From a bacterium (lineage in GTDB: Bacteria; UBA8248; JACPRG01; G963555815), in the NCBI GenBank assembly GCA_965218795.1, contig OZ244653.1, positions 3,392,001 to 3,456,000 of the forward strand: 64,000 nucleotides of DNA, given 5' to 3'. A program made the position numbers and the translations under genes. Every line of letters starts with the position of its first letter. Positions within the stretch are counted from its first letter, which is position 1. Shown here piece after piece: positions 26,684-37,436 of the stretch. The notes under the pieces were generated by a model. It worked only from the letters and a program-made list of their open reading frames with translations, was not told the DNA's origin and did not search any database.

Positions 26684-27862
26684 TCATGAATACTTCCGCT
26701 TTGGCAGCGACCAGGCCGCCCCTATCAGACACAGCTTGAAAACGATCACGACGAACCAGCCTGCCTTGAAGCTGCCGGTCAGGTCGTGAACCCCTCCCAG
26801 AGTCATCGGTCCAAGGAAGGTCAGCGCGTACCCGACCAGAATATTGAACCCCGCAACGCTGCCTACGCGGCTCGGCTCCACGTAATCCAACGGGAGCGCA
26901 AAGCAGAGCGTGAACGTACCGGCCAGCGCGATACCCATCATCGTAGAAAGGATGACGGGAGCCGACATCGGAAAAAACATCATCACCGCGAAGAACGGTA
27001 AAAATCCGCCTGAAGACCAGATCACCCACCATTTCCTTTCGCCGAAACGATCGGAAATCAACGGAATCAAAAGGCCCGACGGCAAACCGGTGATGATAAA
27101 TATCGTCAGAATTCGCGTTGAGGATTCCAGATCCATCCCGAGTTCGTGATAGTACGTCGGTATCCAGGAGGCCATGGAATAAAACGCCAGGTTCATCATC
27201 AGGAAGATGATATTCAGCTTCCAGACCGTCTTGTCCCGCCAAATCCCGGACAGATACTGACTTTTCACCCTCTGTGACTTCTGTTCGGGCGCCAGAAACA
27301 GCCAGACCAGAAGAGCCAGAAGACCGTAGCCGCTCCAGACCAGAAAGGTGCCCCGCCAGGAACCCGAGACGTTCACCATGTAGGGAAACGTCAGCCAGGA
27401 GGCCATCGTCGCGCCCACGATAAAACCGCTCGCGAAGATGCCCGTGGCTGTCCCCGGCAAGTCCGGAAAGCGGTCCTTGACCATCCGCGTCAGCCCGGGA
27501 TTAGCCACCCCCATCCCCGCCCCGAGAAGCGCTGTCCAGATCACCAGGGGAAGGAACCCGCCGGGGACGGCGCGCAGCGCGCTCCCCGCAACGAGCATCG
27601 TCAGACCCAGAGCGATGGTTTTTTTCATCCCGATGCTGTCCGCCAGGAATCCCCCGGGGATTCCGAATGCCGCCATGAACAGCGTGGGCACGGCAAAGAG
27701 GAAGCCGGCTTCCGCGTAGGAGAGGGCAAGATCCGCCTTGATCAGCGGGAGAACGGGGGAGATGGCGATGGAGATTCCGCGAAGACTCAAAGCGGCCAAC
27801 CAGCCGGCCGCGAGGAGGACCCATCGGTTTCGGGTTGCCAAATCGAGAAAAACCTTTAACAA
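26684..27862 (-). CDS. MFS transporter, CynX/NimT-like
   Basis: About 12 TM segments; LSLR....ISPVLP.I..DL.LS and VKDRFP. Confidence 0.85.
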   Translation of the reverse strand: MLKVFLDLATRNRWVLLAAGWLAALSLRGISIAISPVLPLIKADLALSYAEAGFLFAVPTLFMAAFGIPGGFLADSIGMKKTIALGLTMLVAGSALRAVPGGFLPLVIWTALLGAGMGVANPGLTRMVKDRFPDLPGTATGIFASGFIVGATMASWLTFPYMVNVSGSWRGTFLVWSGYGLLALLVWLFLAPEQKSQRVKSQYLSGIWRDKTVWKLNIIFLMMNLAFYSMASWIPTYYHELGMDLESSTRILTIFIITGLPSGLLIPLISDRFGERKWWVIWSSGGFLPFFAVMMFFPMSAPVILSTMMGIALAGTFTLCFALPLDYVEPSRVGSVAGFNILVGYALTFLGPMTLGGVHDLTGSFKAGWFVVIVFKLCLIGAAWSLPKRKYS

Positions 27863-28284
27863 AACAGGAATGACAGAGTATGGCCTACAATCGGGTCATC
27901 AGGTGAAAGAATCACTTATTTCCGGACGAATCGCAATCCGGAAGCGGCAACGCGCCGCTCCGATTTCGCCGCGCCAGGCCCGGCGGCAGAGGCAGGTCTC
28001 CGTCCCGTCCCGCTCTTCGCTAAACGGCAGAAGCGGGGCGCTCTTCCTTCCGGCCCCCTGGACGGATCCGCTGCTTGCCTTGAAATCAGCTCCCCGCGGC
28101 GATGCCGGCCATGACAAAGGACCTGAACGCGTACCTGAAGACGCCTCGCCAAGTTCTACAACACCGAGCGCCCTCACCAGGGCTGTCGCAACATGGGGAG
28201 ACGATCCATCGACACGGTCAAGAGGTTTATCCAAACTGAGATGAAAGAAGCCTGGTTATAAACCTAAAGAAAATCACGAATTCC

Positions 28285-29127
28285 TCACCGGGGTCCCTTG
28301 TACACCCGGATGGAGAGAATCTTCACATCTTGTTTCGGCTTGGATGAGCGCGGCTCCACCGGAATTTCGGCAATCCTGTCGACCACGTTCATCCCCTTCA
28401 CCACCTTCCCGAATACCGTGTGCTTGCCCGTCAGCCAGCCGGTTTCCACCAGGTTGATGAAGAATTGCGAGCCGTTGGTGTTGGGGCCCGAATTGGCCAT
28501 CGCCAGGACGCCCCTCTTCGGATAGTGGGACTTGAGCTTGGGATTGTATCGATAACCCTGGTTCTGATAAGCCTCCTTGATGGACATCCTGTTCAGCCGG
28601 TTCTTGACCTCATCCATCCTCTTTTTCATCTCGTCCTGGGTTTCGATTCGCATCCGGCGAAGGAGCGGGAAGAACAGAACCCTGTTGAAGTCATTCTGTG
28701 ACCGTATCAGGAGCCACGGGTGGGGGCGGTCATTGTCATCAAGAGCCTTGATCTTCTGCAACCCGAGTGAGTCCGCATTGATCTCGTCTTCAAACCGATA
28801 TCCCGGGCTGCCGCCCCCGGTTCCCAGAGGATCGCCTCCCTGGATCATGAATTTCTTGATGACCCGGTGAAATATCAGGTTGTCATAAAAATTTCTTTTC
28901 ACCTTTGTCCGGGTTTTGGGGTCGGTGAACTCCTTGGTCCCTTCCGCCAGCCCAATGAAGTTCGCGATGGTCTCGGGCGCTTCCTTCTGAAAAAGTTCCA
29001 CATAGATCTCACCGAAATTCGTCTTGATCAGTGCAATGGGATCGTCGGGGTAATCCAGCCGGAATTCCTGCGCCAGCGAGGATTGGACCGTAAAGAGGAA
29101 AAAGGCAATGGCCAGAAAAATTCTCAT
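28285..29127 (-). CDS. Secreted cyclophilin-type peptidyl-prolyl isomerase with internal insertion
   Basis: Signal peptide; FHRVIKKFMIQGGDP, LAMANSGPNTNGSQFFI and WLTGKHTVFGKV. Confidence 0.93.
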   Translation of the reverse strand: MRIFLAIAFFLFTVQSSLAQEFRLDYPDDPIALIKTNFGEIYVELFQKEAPETIANFIGLAEGTKEFTDPKTRTKVKRNFYDNLIFHRVIKKFMIQGGDPLGTGGGSPGYRFEDEINADSLGLQKIKALDDNDRPHPWLLIRSQNDFNRVLFFPLLRRMRIETQDEMKKRMDEVKNRLNRMSIKEAYQNQGYRYNPKLKSHYPKRGVLAMANSGPNTNGSQFFINLVETGWLTGKHTVFGKVVKGMNVVDRIAEIPVEPRSSKPKQDVKILSIRVYKGPR

Positions 29128-29220
29128 GAATGGGCCCCTTATTTCTTGAGTCGTTTCCTTGGAGAGATTCGTTCGGGCCTTGACTGAGCATATTCGATCA
29201 ACTCATCGAGAAAAAACGAA

Positions 29221-29922
29221 TCACAAGATTCCAGCGAACGCCCGGACGGGCGCGCCGGTCCCGTACCTGAGCTTGATCGGCACGGCGAAGAACCAGAAGT
29301 CCTTGCCCAGGAGGGCCTCCAGGTTCCTCAGCATCTCGACCATGTAAACACGATTGCTGCCGCAGATCTTCATGTGAACCGGCCGATCGTCGGGCGTGAC
29401 CTCGAGCGCCTCCACGCTGACCAGATCCACGCCGATGAGCCGGAGGCCCCGGTCCAGCACCCAGTCCGCCGCAGTGCCGTCCAGGTAGGGACGGGGAACG
29501 GCCAGTTCCGGGTCTTCGAATTTCTCCCCCCAGCCCGTGTAGACGAGAATCGCATCGCCGGGTTGCACGCGAAACCCCGCCTTCAGGCATCCGGCTTCCA
29601 GATCCTCCCCCGAGATGGCCTCCCACTCGCCCTTGTGCGACATGTCCACGACATGCCCCGGCAGAATAACTTCCTCGATGGGGATCTCGGCGATCTTTTT
29701 CCCGTTGGGGTTGAAATGGCAGGGAGCGTCCAGGTGCGTGCCCAAATGCTCGGTGGCGAAGAAGCAATGGCCTTCCATGCTCACGCGCCCTTCGAACTTC
29801 TTCGAAGTCCCCTCATGAGAGTACCACTTCCAGAAGGTCGTTTTCGGGCTCCCGTAACACGTCATACCGTCGAAAATGTCGTTGGAGAGGTCCACGATTT
29901 CCTTGAACATTTCTTCCTCCAA
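29221..29922 (-). CDS. Cyclase / kynurenine formamidase (KynB)-family metal hydrolase
   Basis: HLGTHLDAPCH; C-terminal GTGAPVRAFA. Confidence 0.9.
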   Translation of the reverse strand: MEEEMFKEIVDLSNDIFDGMTCYGSPKTTFWKWYSHEGTSKKFEGRVSMEGHCFFATEHLGTHLDAPCHFNPNGKKIAEIPIEEVILPGHVVDMSHKGEWEAISGEDLEAGCLKAGFRVQPGDAILVYTGWGEKFEDPELAVPRPYLDGTAADWVLDRGLRLIGVDLVSVEALEVTPDDRPVHMKICGSNRVYMVEMLRNLEALLGKDFWFFAVPIKLRYGTGAPVRAFAGIL

Positions 29923-30257
29923 TCACCAAAATTTTCCGTGCAGGACGGAGATCCCTCTGAAATCATGGGCGGCGTTGGGGCGTCAGGGCCGGTCTTGAGG
30001 CAATGCCTTTTCATCCTGTGGCCTGCGCGTTTCCTTCCGGCCGCAGCGTGCCGCCGCCTTCTCCCCGCCCTTGGGACGACGTCCATCCGCGCGGCAGGTA
30101 TGGGCGGACGTCCCCGTTCCCTCTCTGATCATCAACCTGGAACCCTGTCCGGCAATCTTTCGCGGACTTTGATAAGATTTACGGGTGCCCCGGCTCGCTT
30201 GGGGCCGAACGATCTCAACCCAAAATATAACAACGTATCCTGAAGGGGAAACGTCCC

Positions 30258-31301
30258 ATGAAAGCAATGGTGCTGCACGAGCTCGGCGGGCCGGTCGTTC
30301 TGGAGGAACGGGAGCCGCGAAAGCCCGGAATCGGCGAGGCGCTGGTTGAGATGAAGGCGACGGGCATCGGCCTCACGGTGGCGATCATGAAGGCGACGGC
30401 GGCGCTCGTCACGGCGCTTCCCCGCATCCCCGGCCACGAGATCGGCGGCGACGTCGTGGAGGTCGGCGAGGGCGTGGCGAACGTCAAGCACGGAGACCGC
30501 GTGACGTGCCACTTCTACCTGACGTGCGGGAACTGCAAGTTCTGCCGCAGGGGCAAAGAGACCCTCTGCGAGAACTGGGGGGGGTACGTCGGGATGGCCT
30601 GCGACGGGGGCTACGCCGAGTACGCCACGCTGCCCGCCCGCAACCTCGTCAGGATCCCTGACGGCGTATCCTATGCCGAGGCCTCCATCGCCGCCGATGC
30701 CATCTGCACCCCCTATCACAATTGCACCGAAGAGGCGCGGGTTCAGCCGGGCGACAACGTTCTGGTCATCGGGGCGGCCGGGGGCGTCGGCATCCACGGC
30801 GTCCAGATGGCCAAGCTCTGCGGCGCGCGCGTCATCGCCGCCGACATCAGCGAAGAGAAGCTCGAGCTCGCCAAGCAGCACGGGGCTGACGAAGTCATCC
30901 TCTCCGAGAAACAATCCATCCCGGATGAGGTGCGGAGGCTCACGGACGGAAAAGGCGCCGAAGCGGCCCTCGACTACGTGGGCGGCAAGGAGACCTTGGA
31001 GGCCTCCATGTCGAGCCTCGCCAAGATGGGCCGTCTGGTGATCATCGGGTTCCGGCCGCCGTCGGTCTTCGGCGCGAGCAACGATTTCCAGGTGGACCCG
31101 GGGGCGGTGCTCGCCAACATGCTCGAGATTCACGGCTCGCGCTACGCCAACATGTCGGAGATCGAGGCCACGCTGGAAACGATTCGACAAGGCCGGATTC
31201 AGCCCGTGATCACCGACCGTGTCCGCCTGGAGGACATCGAGGGCATCCACAAAAAACTGCTCAACCGAGAGATTGCCGGAAGGGTCGTGGCGGAGTTTTG
31301 A
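30258..31301 (+). CDS. Zn-dependent (MDR) alcohol dehydrogenase
   Basis: GHE motif, CGNCKFC...C structural Zn site and GAAGGVG. Confidence 0.92.
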   Translation: MKAMVLHELGGPVVLEEREPRKPGIGEALVEMKATGIGLTVAIMKATAALVTALPRIPGHEIGGDVVEVGEGVANVKHGDRVTCHFYLTCGNCKFCRRGKETLCENWGGYVGMACDGGYAEYATLPARNLVRIPDGVSYAEASIAADAICTPYHNCTEEARVQPGDNVLVIGAAGGVGIHGVQMAKLCGARVIAADISEEKLELAKQHGADEVILSEKQSIPDEVRRLTDGKGAEAALDYVGGKETLEASMSSLAKMGRLVIIGFRPPSVFGASNDFQVDPGAVLANMLEIHGSRYANMSEIEATLETIRQGRIQPVITDRVRLEDIEGIHKKLLNREIAGRVVAEF

Positions 31302-31371
31302 TACGTCAGCGTCCCGGAGAAACGCATTCCAGCGCGGAACAGAAACCCGCCGCCAATACAAGGGAATGAAG

Positions 31372-32928
31372 ATGGCCGTAGCGTATCGAATTCAACGTAG
31401 CGCCTATCAGGACTCCGTCAAGCTGATGCGGATATCCGCCTCGGGCGGTGAGCGGCCGGGCGTGGAGATTGCCGTCGCAGTGATGGCGACGGAAAACAAT
31501 CTGGAAAATCTCGTGAACGCCGGCTTTGACGCGGCCATCGCGGACGGCGCCTCGCCCAACGACCTGATCCTGGCGACGCGGGCCGACACCGACGAGAACG
31601 CCGGCGGCGCCCTGGATGCCATGGAGGAGATGCTCTCCTCCGCCCTCACCGGTGAGGCCGAAGAGGGCGTCCGCCCCCGCACCCTTCGATCAGCGCTCGG
31701 ACAAAAGCCGGGGGCCAACTTCGTCCTGATCTCCGTTCCGGGCCCGTTCGTCCGGAGAGAGGCCGAAGCCGCGCTGAACGCGGGGCTTCACAGTATGGTC
31801 TTCAGTGACAACGTTTCGGTGGAAGACGAGGTCCATCTGAAAACCATGGCGGGCGACAAAGGGCTTCTGTTCATGGGGCCGGACTGCGGCACGGCAATCA
31901 TCGGGGGCCGGGCGCTGGCCTTTGCCAACGTCGTCTCGGGGGGCAGCGTGGGGATCGTCGGCGCCTCGGGCACGGGGATCCAGGCCGTTTCGGTGCTCGT
32001 TGACCGGTTGGGCGAGGGCGTCAGCCACGCCATCGGCACCGGTGGACGGGATCTGTCCAAAGAAGTCGGCGGGCGATCGATGCTGCAGGGCATCCGGATG
32101 CTCGGCGAAGACGAGGCCACGAAGGTCCTCCTCCTCGTTTCCAAACCGCCCGACCCCGAAGTCATGAAGCGCGTCCTCGGAGCCGCGGTTGAAACCGGAA
32201 AACCGGCGGTGGGGGTTTTCCTGGGCGGCGACCCGCAGGTGGTCGAAGCCGCCGGCGTTCACGCGGCGGGCAACCTGGAAGAGGCGGCCCGAATGGCCGC
32301 GGCCCTCGCGGGGAGAGGAGCCATCGAGTCCGGCGGAGCCGATGACCCACCCGACAAATCCGAATGGATGAATGCTGAACGGTCGGCCCTCTCTCCCGGG
32401 CAGCGATACATCCGCGGGCTATATTCCGGCGGAACGCTGTGCGACGAGGCCATGCTGATCCTCGCCGAGTCCATCGGCGGTATCCGTTCCAATGTCCCGT
32501 TGCGGGACAACCTTACGCTTCAGGATCCGAACATGAGTGTCGAACACACCGTGGTGGATCTGGGGGAGGACTTCTTTACGCGCGGCCGGCCCCATCCGAT
32601 GATCGATCCCGGGATGCGGAACGAACGAATCCTCCGTGAGGCGGCAGACCCGGAAACGGCCGTCATTCTGTTGGACGTGGTCCTCGGATACGGCTCGCAT
32701 GAGAACCCGGGGGGCGCAGCGGCCGAGTCGATACGGGCGGCCAAGGACACCGCCCGAACATCAGGCCGGGGATTGGCGGTGGTGGCTTCCGTGTGCGGGA
32801 CCGAGCGGGATCCGCAAGTGTTATCGGAACAGGAAACCGCCCTGGCGGAAGCCGGGGCGCGGGTATGCCAGAGCAATGCGCAGGCGGCGCGGTTTGCCGC
32901 CGCGCTGGCGAAGGCTATCGCTTCATAG
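31372..32928 (+). CDS. fdrA: FdrA-like acyl-CoA synthetase (succinyl-CoA ligase-like)
   Basis: YQDSVKLM, FSDNV, MGPDCGTAII, GLYSGGTLC and RPHPMIDP. Confidence 0.9.
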   Translation: MAVAYRIQRSAYQDSVKLMRISASGGERPGVEIAVAVMATENNLENLVNAGFDAAIADGASPNDLILATRADTDENAGGALDAMEEMLSSALTGEAEEGVRPRTLRSALGQKPGANFVLISVPGPFVRREAEAALNAGLHSMVFSDNVSVEDEVHLKTMAGDKGLLFMGPDCGTAIIGGRALAFANVVSGGSVGIVGASGTGIQAVSVLVDRLGEGVSHAIGTGGRDLSKEVGGRSMLQGIRMLGEDEATKVLLLVSKPPDPEVMKRVLGAAVETGKPAVGVFLGGDPQVVEAAGVHAAGNLEEAARMAAALAGRGAIESGGADDPPDKSEWMNAERSALSPGQRYIRGLYSGGTLCDEAMLILAESIGGIRSNVPLRDNLTLQDPNMSVEHTVVDLGEDFFTRGRPHPMIDPGMRNERILREAADPETAVILLDVVLGYGSHENPGGAAAESIRAAKDTARTSGRGLAVVASVCGTERDPQVLSEQETALAEAGARVCQSNAQAARFAAALAKAIAS

Positions 32929-35398
32929 TGGCGGGACCGGCGCCCGGGACCAGAAGAATCTCGACGCGCCGGTTTCGGCTCCGCCCGGCGGGCGTCAGGT
33001 TGGAGTCGATCGGCCGAAAGGAGGAGTACCCCACCACGGACATCCGTTTGGGGTCTATCCCTTTGCCTTCCAGAAAACGGACGACCGCCGCGGCGCGGGC
33101 AAGCGACAACTCCCAGTTCGATTTGAACTTCTCAACCAGCGAGCCGTGAATCAGTCGGTTGTCCGCGTGTCCCTCGATGACAATCAGCCCATCCTTGACC
33201 GGCGCCAGGCTGGCGTAGATCACATCGAGTATATGCTTGCTGGATTCCGTCAGCTCGGCGCGCCCCGTCTCGAACGTTACCCGATTGACCATCTCGATGG
33301 AGATGTGCTCCTTCTCCTGGCGGACGGCCACCTCCTTCTTCTTGATCTCCGATTGCAGTCTTTCCAGCAGGAGCTCGTGACTGGCCTTGAGTTGTTCGAT
33401 CTCCCGTTCCTTGTCGCGAACGGCTTCTTCGAACCGCTCCCGCAGGCGGGCGATCCGCTCCTGAAGGGACTGGCGGGTGGATTGGGCCTCCTGGCTGACG
33501 GCGGAAAGCTCCTGAATTTCGCGGGTGAAGCGTTTCAGCTCCTCCTGCAGCTTGCGATTTTCCACGCGAAGAGAGACCACGGCTCTGGTGGCGGACACGT
33601 TCTGCGCTTGGAGCGCTTCAATCCTTTGGTTCGACGTGGTCAAGGCATCTCGGAATTCGGACAGAAAGCGGTCCGCGTCCCGCAATGAGGTCTGAAGACG
33701 ACCCGTCTCGCCCCGCGACGCCTTCTCCCGCTCCGCAGCCTGGCGCTGGCTCTGACCGAACTCGGATTCGCGATCCAGGAGCCGAGCCTCGACTTGTTGC
33801 AGACTGGACTCCGCATGACTCAACTGGATTCTTGTTTCCTCTAAACGGCTCTCGGTCTCCTTCAGGCGCTCTGTCGCGGACGCGCTCTGCGCTTGGAGCG
33901 CTTCAATCCTTTGGTTCGACGTGGTCAAGGCATCTCGGAATTCGGACAGAAAGCGGTCCGCGTCCCGCAATGAGGTCTGAAGACGACCCGTCTCGCCCCG
34001 CGACGCCTTCTCCCGCTCCGCAGCCTGGCGCTGGCTCTGACCGAACTCGGATTCGCGATCCAGGAGCCGAGCCTCGACTTGTTGCAGACTGGACTCCGCA
34101 TGGCTCAACTGGATTCTTGTTTCCTCTAAACGGCTCTCGGTCTCCTTCAGGCGCTCTGTCGCGGACGCGCTCTGCGCTTGGAGCGCTTCAATCCTTTGGT
34201 TCGACGTGGTCAAGGCATCTCGGAATTCGGACAGAAAGCGGTCCGCGTCCCGCAATGAGGTCTGAAGACGACCCGTCTCGCCCCGCGACGCCTTCTCCCG
34301 CTCCGCAGCCTGGCGCTGGCTCTGACCGAACTCGGATTCGCGATCCAGGAGCCGAGCCTCGACTTGTTGCAGACTGGACTCCGCATGACTCAACTGGATT
34401 CTTGTTTCCTCTAAACGGCTCTCGGTCTCCTTCAGGCGCTCTGTCGCGGACGCGCTCTGCGCTTGGAGCGCTTCAATCCTTTGGTTCGACGTGGTCAAGG
34501 CATCTCGGAATTCGGACAGAAAGCGGTCCGCGTCCCGCAATGAGGTCTGAAGACGACCCGTCTCGCCCCGCGACGCCTTCTCCCGCTCCGCAGCCTGGCG
34601 CTGGCTCTGACCGAACTCGGATTCGCGATCCAGGAGCCGAGCCTCGACTTGTTGCAGACTGGACTCCGCATGGCTCAACTGGATTCTTGTTTCCTCTAAA
34701 CGGCTCTCGGTCTCCTTCAGGCGCTCTGTCGCGGACGCGCTCTGCGCTTGGAGCGCTTCAATCCTTTGGTTCGACGTGGTCAAGGCATCTCGGAATTCGG
34801 ACAGAAAGCGGTCCGCGTCCCGCAATGAGGTCTGAAGACGACCCGTCTCGCCCCGCGACGCCTTCTCCCGCTCCGCAGCCTGGCGCTGGCTCTGACCGAA
34901 CTCGGATTCGCGATCCAGGAGCCGAGCCTCGACTTGTTGCAGACTGGACTCCGCATGGCTCAACTGGATTCTTGTTTCCTCTAAACGGCTCTCGGTCTCC
35001 TTCAGGCGCTCTGTCGCGGACGCGCTCTGCGCTTGGAGCGCTTCAATCCTTTGGTTCGACGTGGTCAAGGCATCTCGGAATTCGGACAGAAAGCGGTCCG
35101 CGTCCCGCAATGAGGTCTGAAGACGACCCGTCTCGCCCCGCGACGCCTTCTCCCGCTCCGCAGCCTGGCGCTGGCTCTGACCGAACTCGGATTCGCGATC
35201 CAGGAGCCGAGCCTCGAGTGTCTCGGCTTCCTTTTCGATGGCGATCAGTCGGGTCTGAAGGGCGTTTCGCTCATTCTCGAAGCTCGCGGTCTGCTCGGAC
35301 AGATTGCCTGACCGGGAGGCATACTGGTATCCGACCCCCGCCAAGGCGACGGCCATGATCCCGGCAACCCCCCACGCAGCTTTCGCGCTGGCAATCAC
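32915..35398 (-). CDS. Single-TM, long coiled-coil protein with C-terminal OmpA/MotB-like peptidoglycan-binding domain
   Basis: N-terminal TM; 95-aa tandem repeats; IEGHADN...SNWELSLARA..V...NRRVEI. Confidence 0.88.
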   Translation of the reverse strand: MIASAKAAWGVAGIMAVALAGVGYQYASRSGNLSEQTASFENERNALQTRLIAIEKEAETLEARLLDRESEFGQSQRQAAEREKASRGETGRLQTSLRDADRFLSEFRDALTTSNQRIEALQAQSASATERLKETESRLEETRIQLSHAESSLQQVEARLLDRESEFGQSQRQAAEREKASRGETGRLQTSLRDADRFLSEFRDALTTSNQRIEALQAQSASATERLKETESRLEETRIQLSHAESSLQQVEARLLDRESEFGQSQRQAAEREKASRGETGRLQTSLRDADRFLSEFRDALTTSNQRIEALQAQSASATERLKETESRLEETRIQLSHAESSLQQVEARLLDRESEFGQSQRQAAEREKASRGETGRLQTSLRDADRFLSEFRDALTTSNQRIEALQAQSASATERLKETESRLEETRIQLSHAESSLQQVEARLLDRESEFGQSQRQAAEREKASRGETGRLQTSLRDADRFLSEFRDALTTSNQRIEALQAQSASATERLKETESRLEETRIQLSHAESSLQQVEARLLDRESEFGQSQRQAAEREKASRGETGRLQTSLRDADRFLSEFRDALTTSNQRIEALQAQNVSATRAVVSLRVENRKLQEELKRFTREIQELSAVSQEAQSTRQSLQERIARLRERFEEAVRDKEREIEQLKASHELLLERLQSEIKKKEVAVRQEKEHISIEMVNRVTFETGRAELTESSKHILDVIYASLAPVKDGLIVIEGHADNRLIHGSLVEKFKSNWELSLARAAAVVRFLEGKGIDPKRMSVVGYSSFRPIDSNLTPAGRSRNRRVEILLVPGAGPATMKR
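33591..35217. repeat. Near-perfect 285-bp tandem repeat, about 5.7 copies
   Basis: The unit recurs at 33604, 33889, 34174, 34459, 34744 and 35029; the only internal variant seen is A/G at 33818, 34103, 34388, 34673 and 34958 (A,G,A,G,G). Confidence 0.97.
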
Positions 35399-35494
35399 CT
35401 TGCACTCCTCCTCTCGACACTAATCTGTCATTGGATGGACGGCGGGGAAGGCCTGCGACTTCAAAACCATTCTGGGGCAACGGGGGATAGAGCG

Positions 35495-35629
35495 TCAAGA
35501 GCGGCCACGGTTTCGCTTGCGAGCAGCGGCCGTTCCCCCGGCAATCTCGGCCGGCCGGCGCATAAACACCCGGCGTTCCATAGGGGTGTGTCGAAATTCG
35601 TAGCAGATGTCAAGAGTGGCCTGATCCAT
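35495..35629 (-). pseudogene. N-terminal remnant of a dienelactone-hydrolase-family gene
   Basis: MDQATLDICYEFRHTPMERRVFMRRPAEIAGGTAAA resembles the conserved twin-Arg leader of this family; the rest is absent. Confidence 0.5.
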
Positions 35630-35720
35630 CCCGGCTCTCTTTACTATGGGAAACCAGATGAGTTCGCAAGACTCTCTCGGCGCACAACCGAGTGAGACAA
35701 TCGGTCCGATTAGACTGAGG

Positions 35721-36914
35721 TCATTGATCGGGTTCCGACACCAGCAGCAAGACACCGGAATATTGATGCAGGTACGTCTTTCCGCGGATGGGGGCGATCT
35801 CCGAACCGGTGAAAAAGCCCGCGAAAGGAACCCCTTGGAGCGTGCTGCGCAGCGCACTGGAGTCGACCCCGTCTTCACCGTAGAGCCCTCTACCGCGCGC
35901 CATGCAGTTGAAGTACATCCCGAAGGCGACCGGAGGCCGATCCGCCTGAAGCTCGTTCGACATGCGCATCAGATCCTCTCTCGCGCCGACCGGCTCCCGT
36001 AAAGTGAAAGTGAGTATCTGCCCCGTGCGCACTTCGTCGCCGATGGCAATCGCGCCGGAATCCGGGTCGACACCCATGATGTTGCGGACGAGGTATTGCC
36101 CGCGAGCGATCTGGTCCTGGTCCGGTTCCATGGGAAGGCCGACAAAGACCGCGGTGACCGCTTCACGAATGTCCTCCATCAGATCCTCCCCGGCCACCTC
36201 CTCGAAAACCTCGAAGGCCGGTCGGCCGCCGATCTCATGGATGATGTTCTTCTCGGCCCGGGTGACGATGAGCGGCTCTCCCACGGGACGGCACGCCTGT
36301 GTCATCCGCATGTTGATGGAGGCCGTACCCGTCATGAGCATTCCCACCACCGCGTTGGATTCGACCCGGTCCCGATAGAACTGATACGTCCGGCCGTGGG
36401 AGCCATCCTCCGAAGCGCCGCCGCCCAGCAGAGGGACCGGACCCAACCCGGTCTCCAGCCCGTCGAAAAAAGCATGCGGATGCATATGATACGTATCAGG
36501 AAGCAGAAGCAAGACGGCGTTTCCCGATACGTGAGGTTGAATCCGCGCTGCGACGGCCAGGGCGGCGTTTTCAGCCCGGCTGTGCATCGGGCGCTCGATG
36601 AAGGGCAATGCCTTGAGGGATGGGGAAGACACGGCCAAAAGGGCCATTCCCGGCGCTTCTTCGATCTCCCCTTCTTCCGTCAAGACCCCGTAGCCGCTGC
36701 ATCCGACGATGTCTTCCGTGCCGGTCCGTTCGGAAACCGTTTCCAGCATTTCCCGGAATTTGGAGAAATGGTGAACGGTGGCGAAGATCACCGCCCAATC
36801 GGCCGGACGGCCGTCGAGACGGGACATGGCCCGCCCGGTGACTTCCTCAATCGCCTGAAGGGTCTCCGGCTCTCCGGACAATCCGCTGCCCGCCAGGATT
36901 TCTTGACTCGTCAT
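35721..36914 (-). CDS. FIST-domain (FIST_N + FIST_C) signal protein
   Basis: GCSGYGV...EIE, GGGAS, QACRPVG, YLVRN.MG.D, FNC.ARG and GFFT.SEIAP. Confidence 0.9.
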   Translation of the reverse strand: MTSQEILAGSGLSGEPETLQAIEEVTGRAMSRLDGRPADWAVIFATVHHFSKFREMLETVSERTGTEDIVGCSGYGVLTEEGEIEEAPGMALLAVSSPSLKALPFIERPMHSRAENAALAVAARIQPHVSGNAVLLLLPDTYHMHPHAFFDGLETGLGPVPLLGGGASEDGSHGRTYQFYRDRVESNAVVGMLMTGTASINMRMTQACRPVGEPLIVTRAEKNIIHEIGGRPAFEVFEEVAGEDLMEDIREAVTAVFVGLPMEPDQDQIARGQYLVRNIMGVDPDSGAIAIGDEVRTGQILTFTLREPVGAREDLMRMSNELQADRPPVAFGMYFNCMARGRGLYGEDGVDSSALRSTLQGVPFAGFFTGSEIAPIRGKTYLHQYSGVLLLVSEPDQ

Positions 36915-37436
36915 GGAGCTTCATATTCCTGTGAATTCGGAAGAACCTGCGTTGACCATCCTACTACACTCACTTGACGTTTACGTAAAGCGGGTTGTTG
37001 TACGTTTCTCTCGCTGAGATCTTTCACGCCGTTACTATTTTAGTCGATCGGGCCGAATGGTGCGCGGACAGGGGGGCGCGGCCGTACGCCCCATTCATCC
37101 AAATCCCGGTCGTGGGTCATATTGCAGCGAAGATCAGCACGGCACCGGACTTTGACACCATAGACCGATGATTCTCTGATGCAGACCCGCCGCGATTTCC
37201 GCCGGGATCGACAGCCCTGCGCTCAAATCGCGGCTGCAACCCGAGAAGGTGCAGGCCGGTCAGCCAACTGACCCACGACCCGAATCCCTTCGGTTCTTGA
37301 CACGTATGACCATCTCTCGGAAACTATCTCTCTGACTATGGTCACTCAGGCGGCCCGGCGAAGGAATAGCGGTTCACCGACTCCAAGCCTTCCGCGGGTC
37401 ATCTTGTTTATTCATTCAAAAACGGAGAGGTGCGCC

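Noticed and set aside
33685-35358. 557-aa plus-strand ORF across the 285-bp repeat
   Set aside because: Antisense shadow: one stop-free triplet-length unit repeated gives a long ORF automatically; no RBS or protein-like features.
36915-37436. Moco/Wco riboswitch upstream of the AOR gene
   Set aside because: Some pairing potential but no recognisable conserved core; needs an Rfam search.
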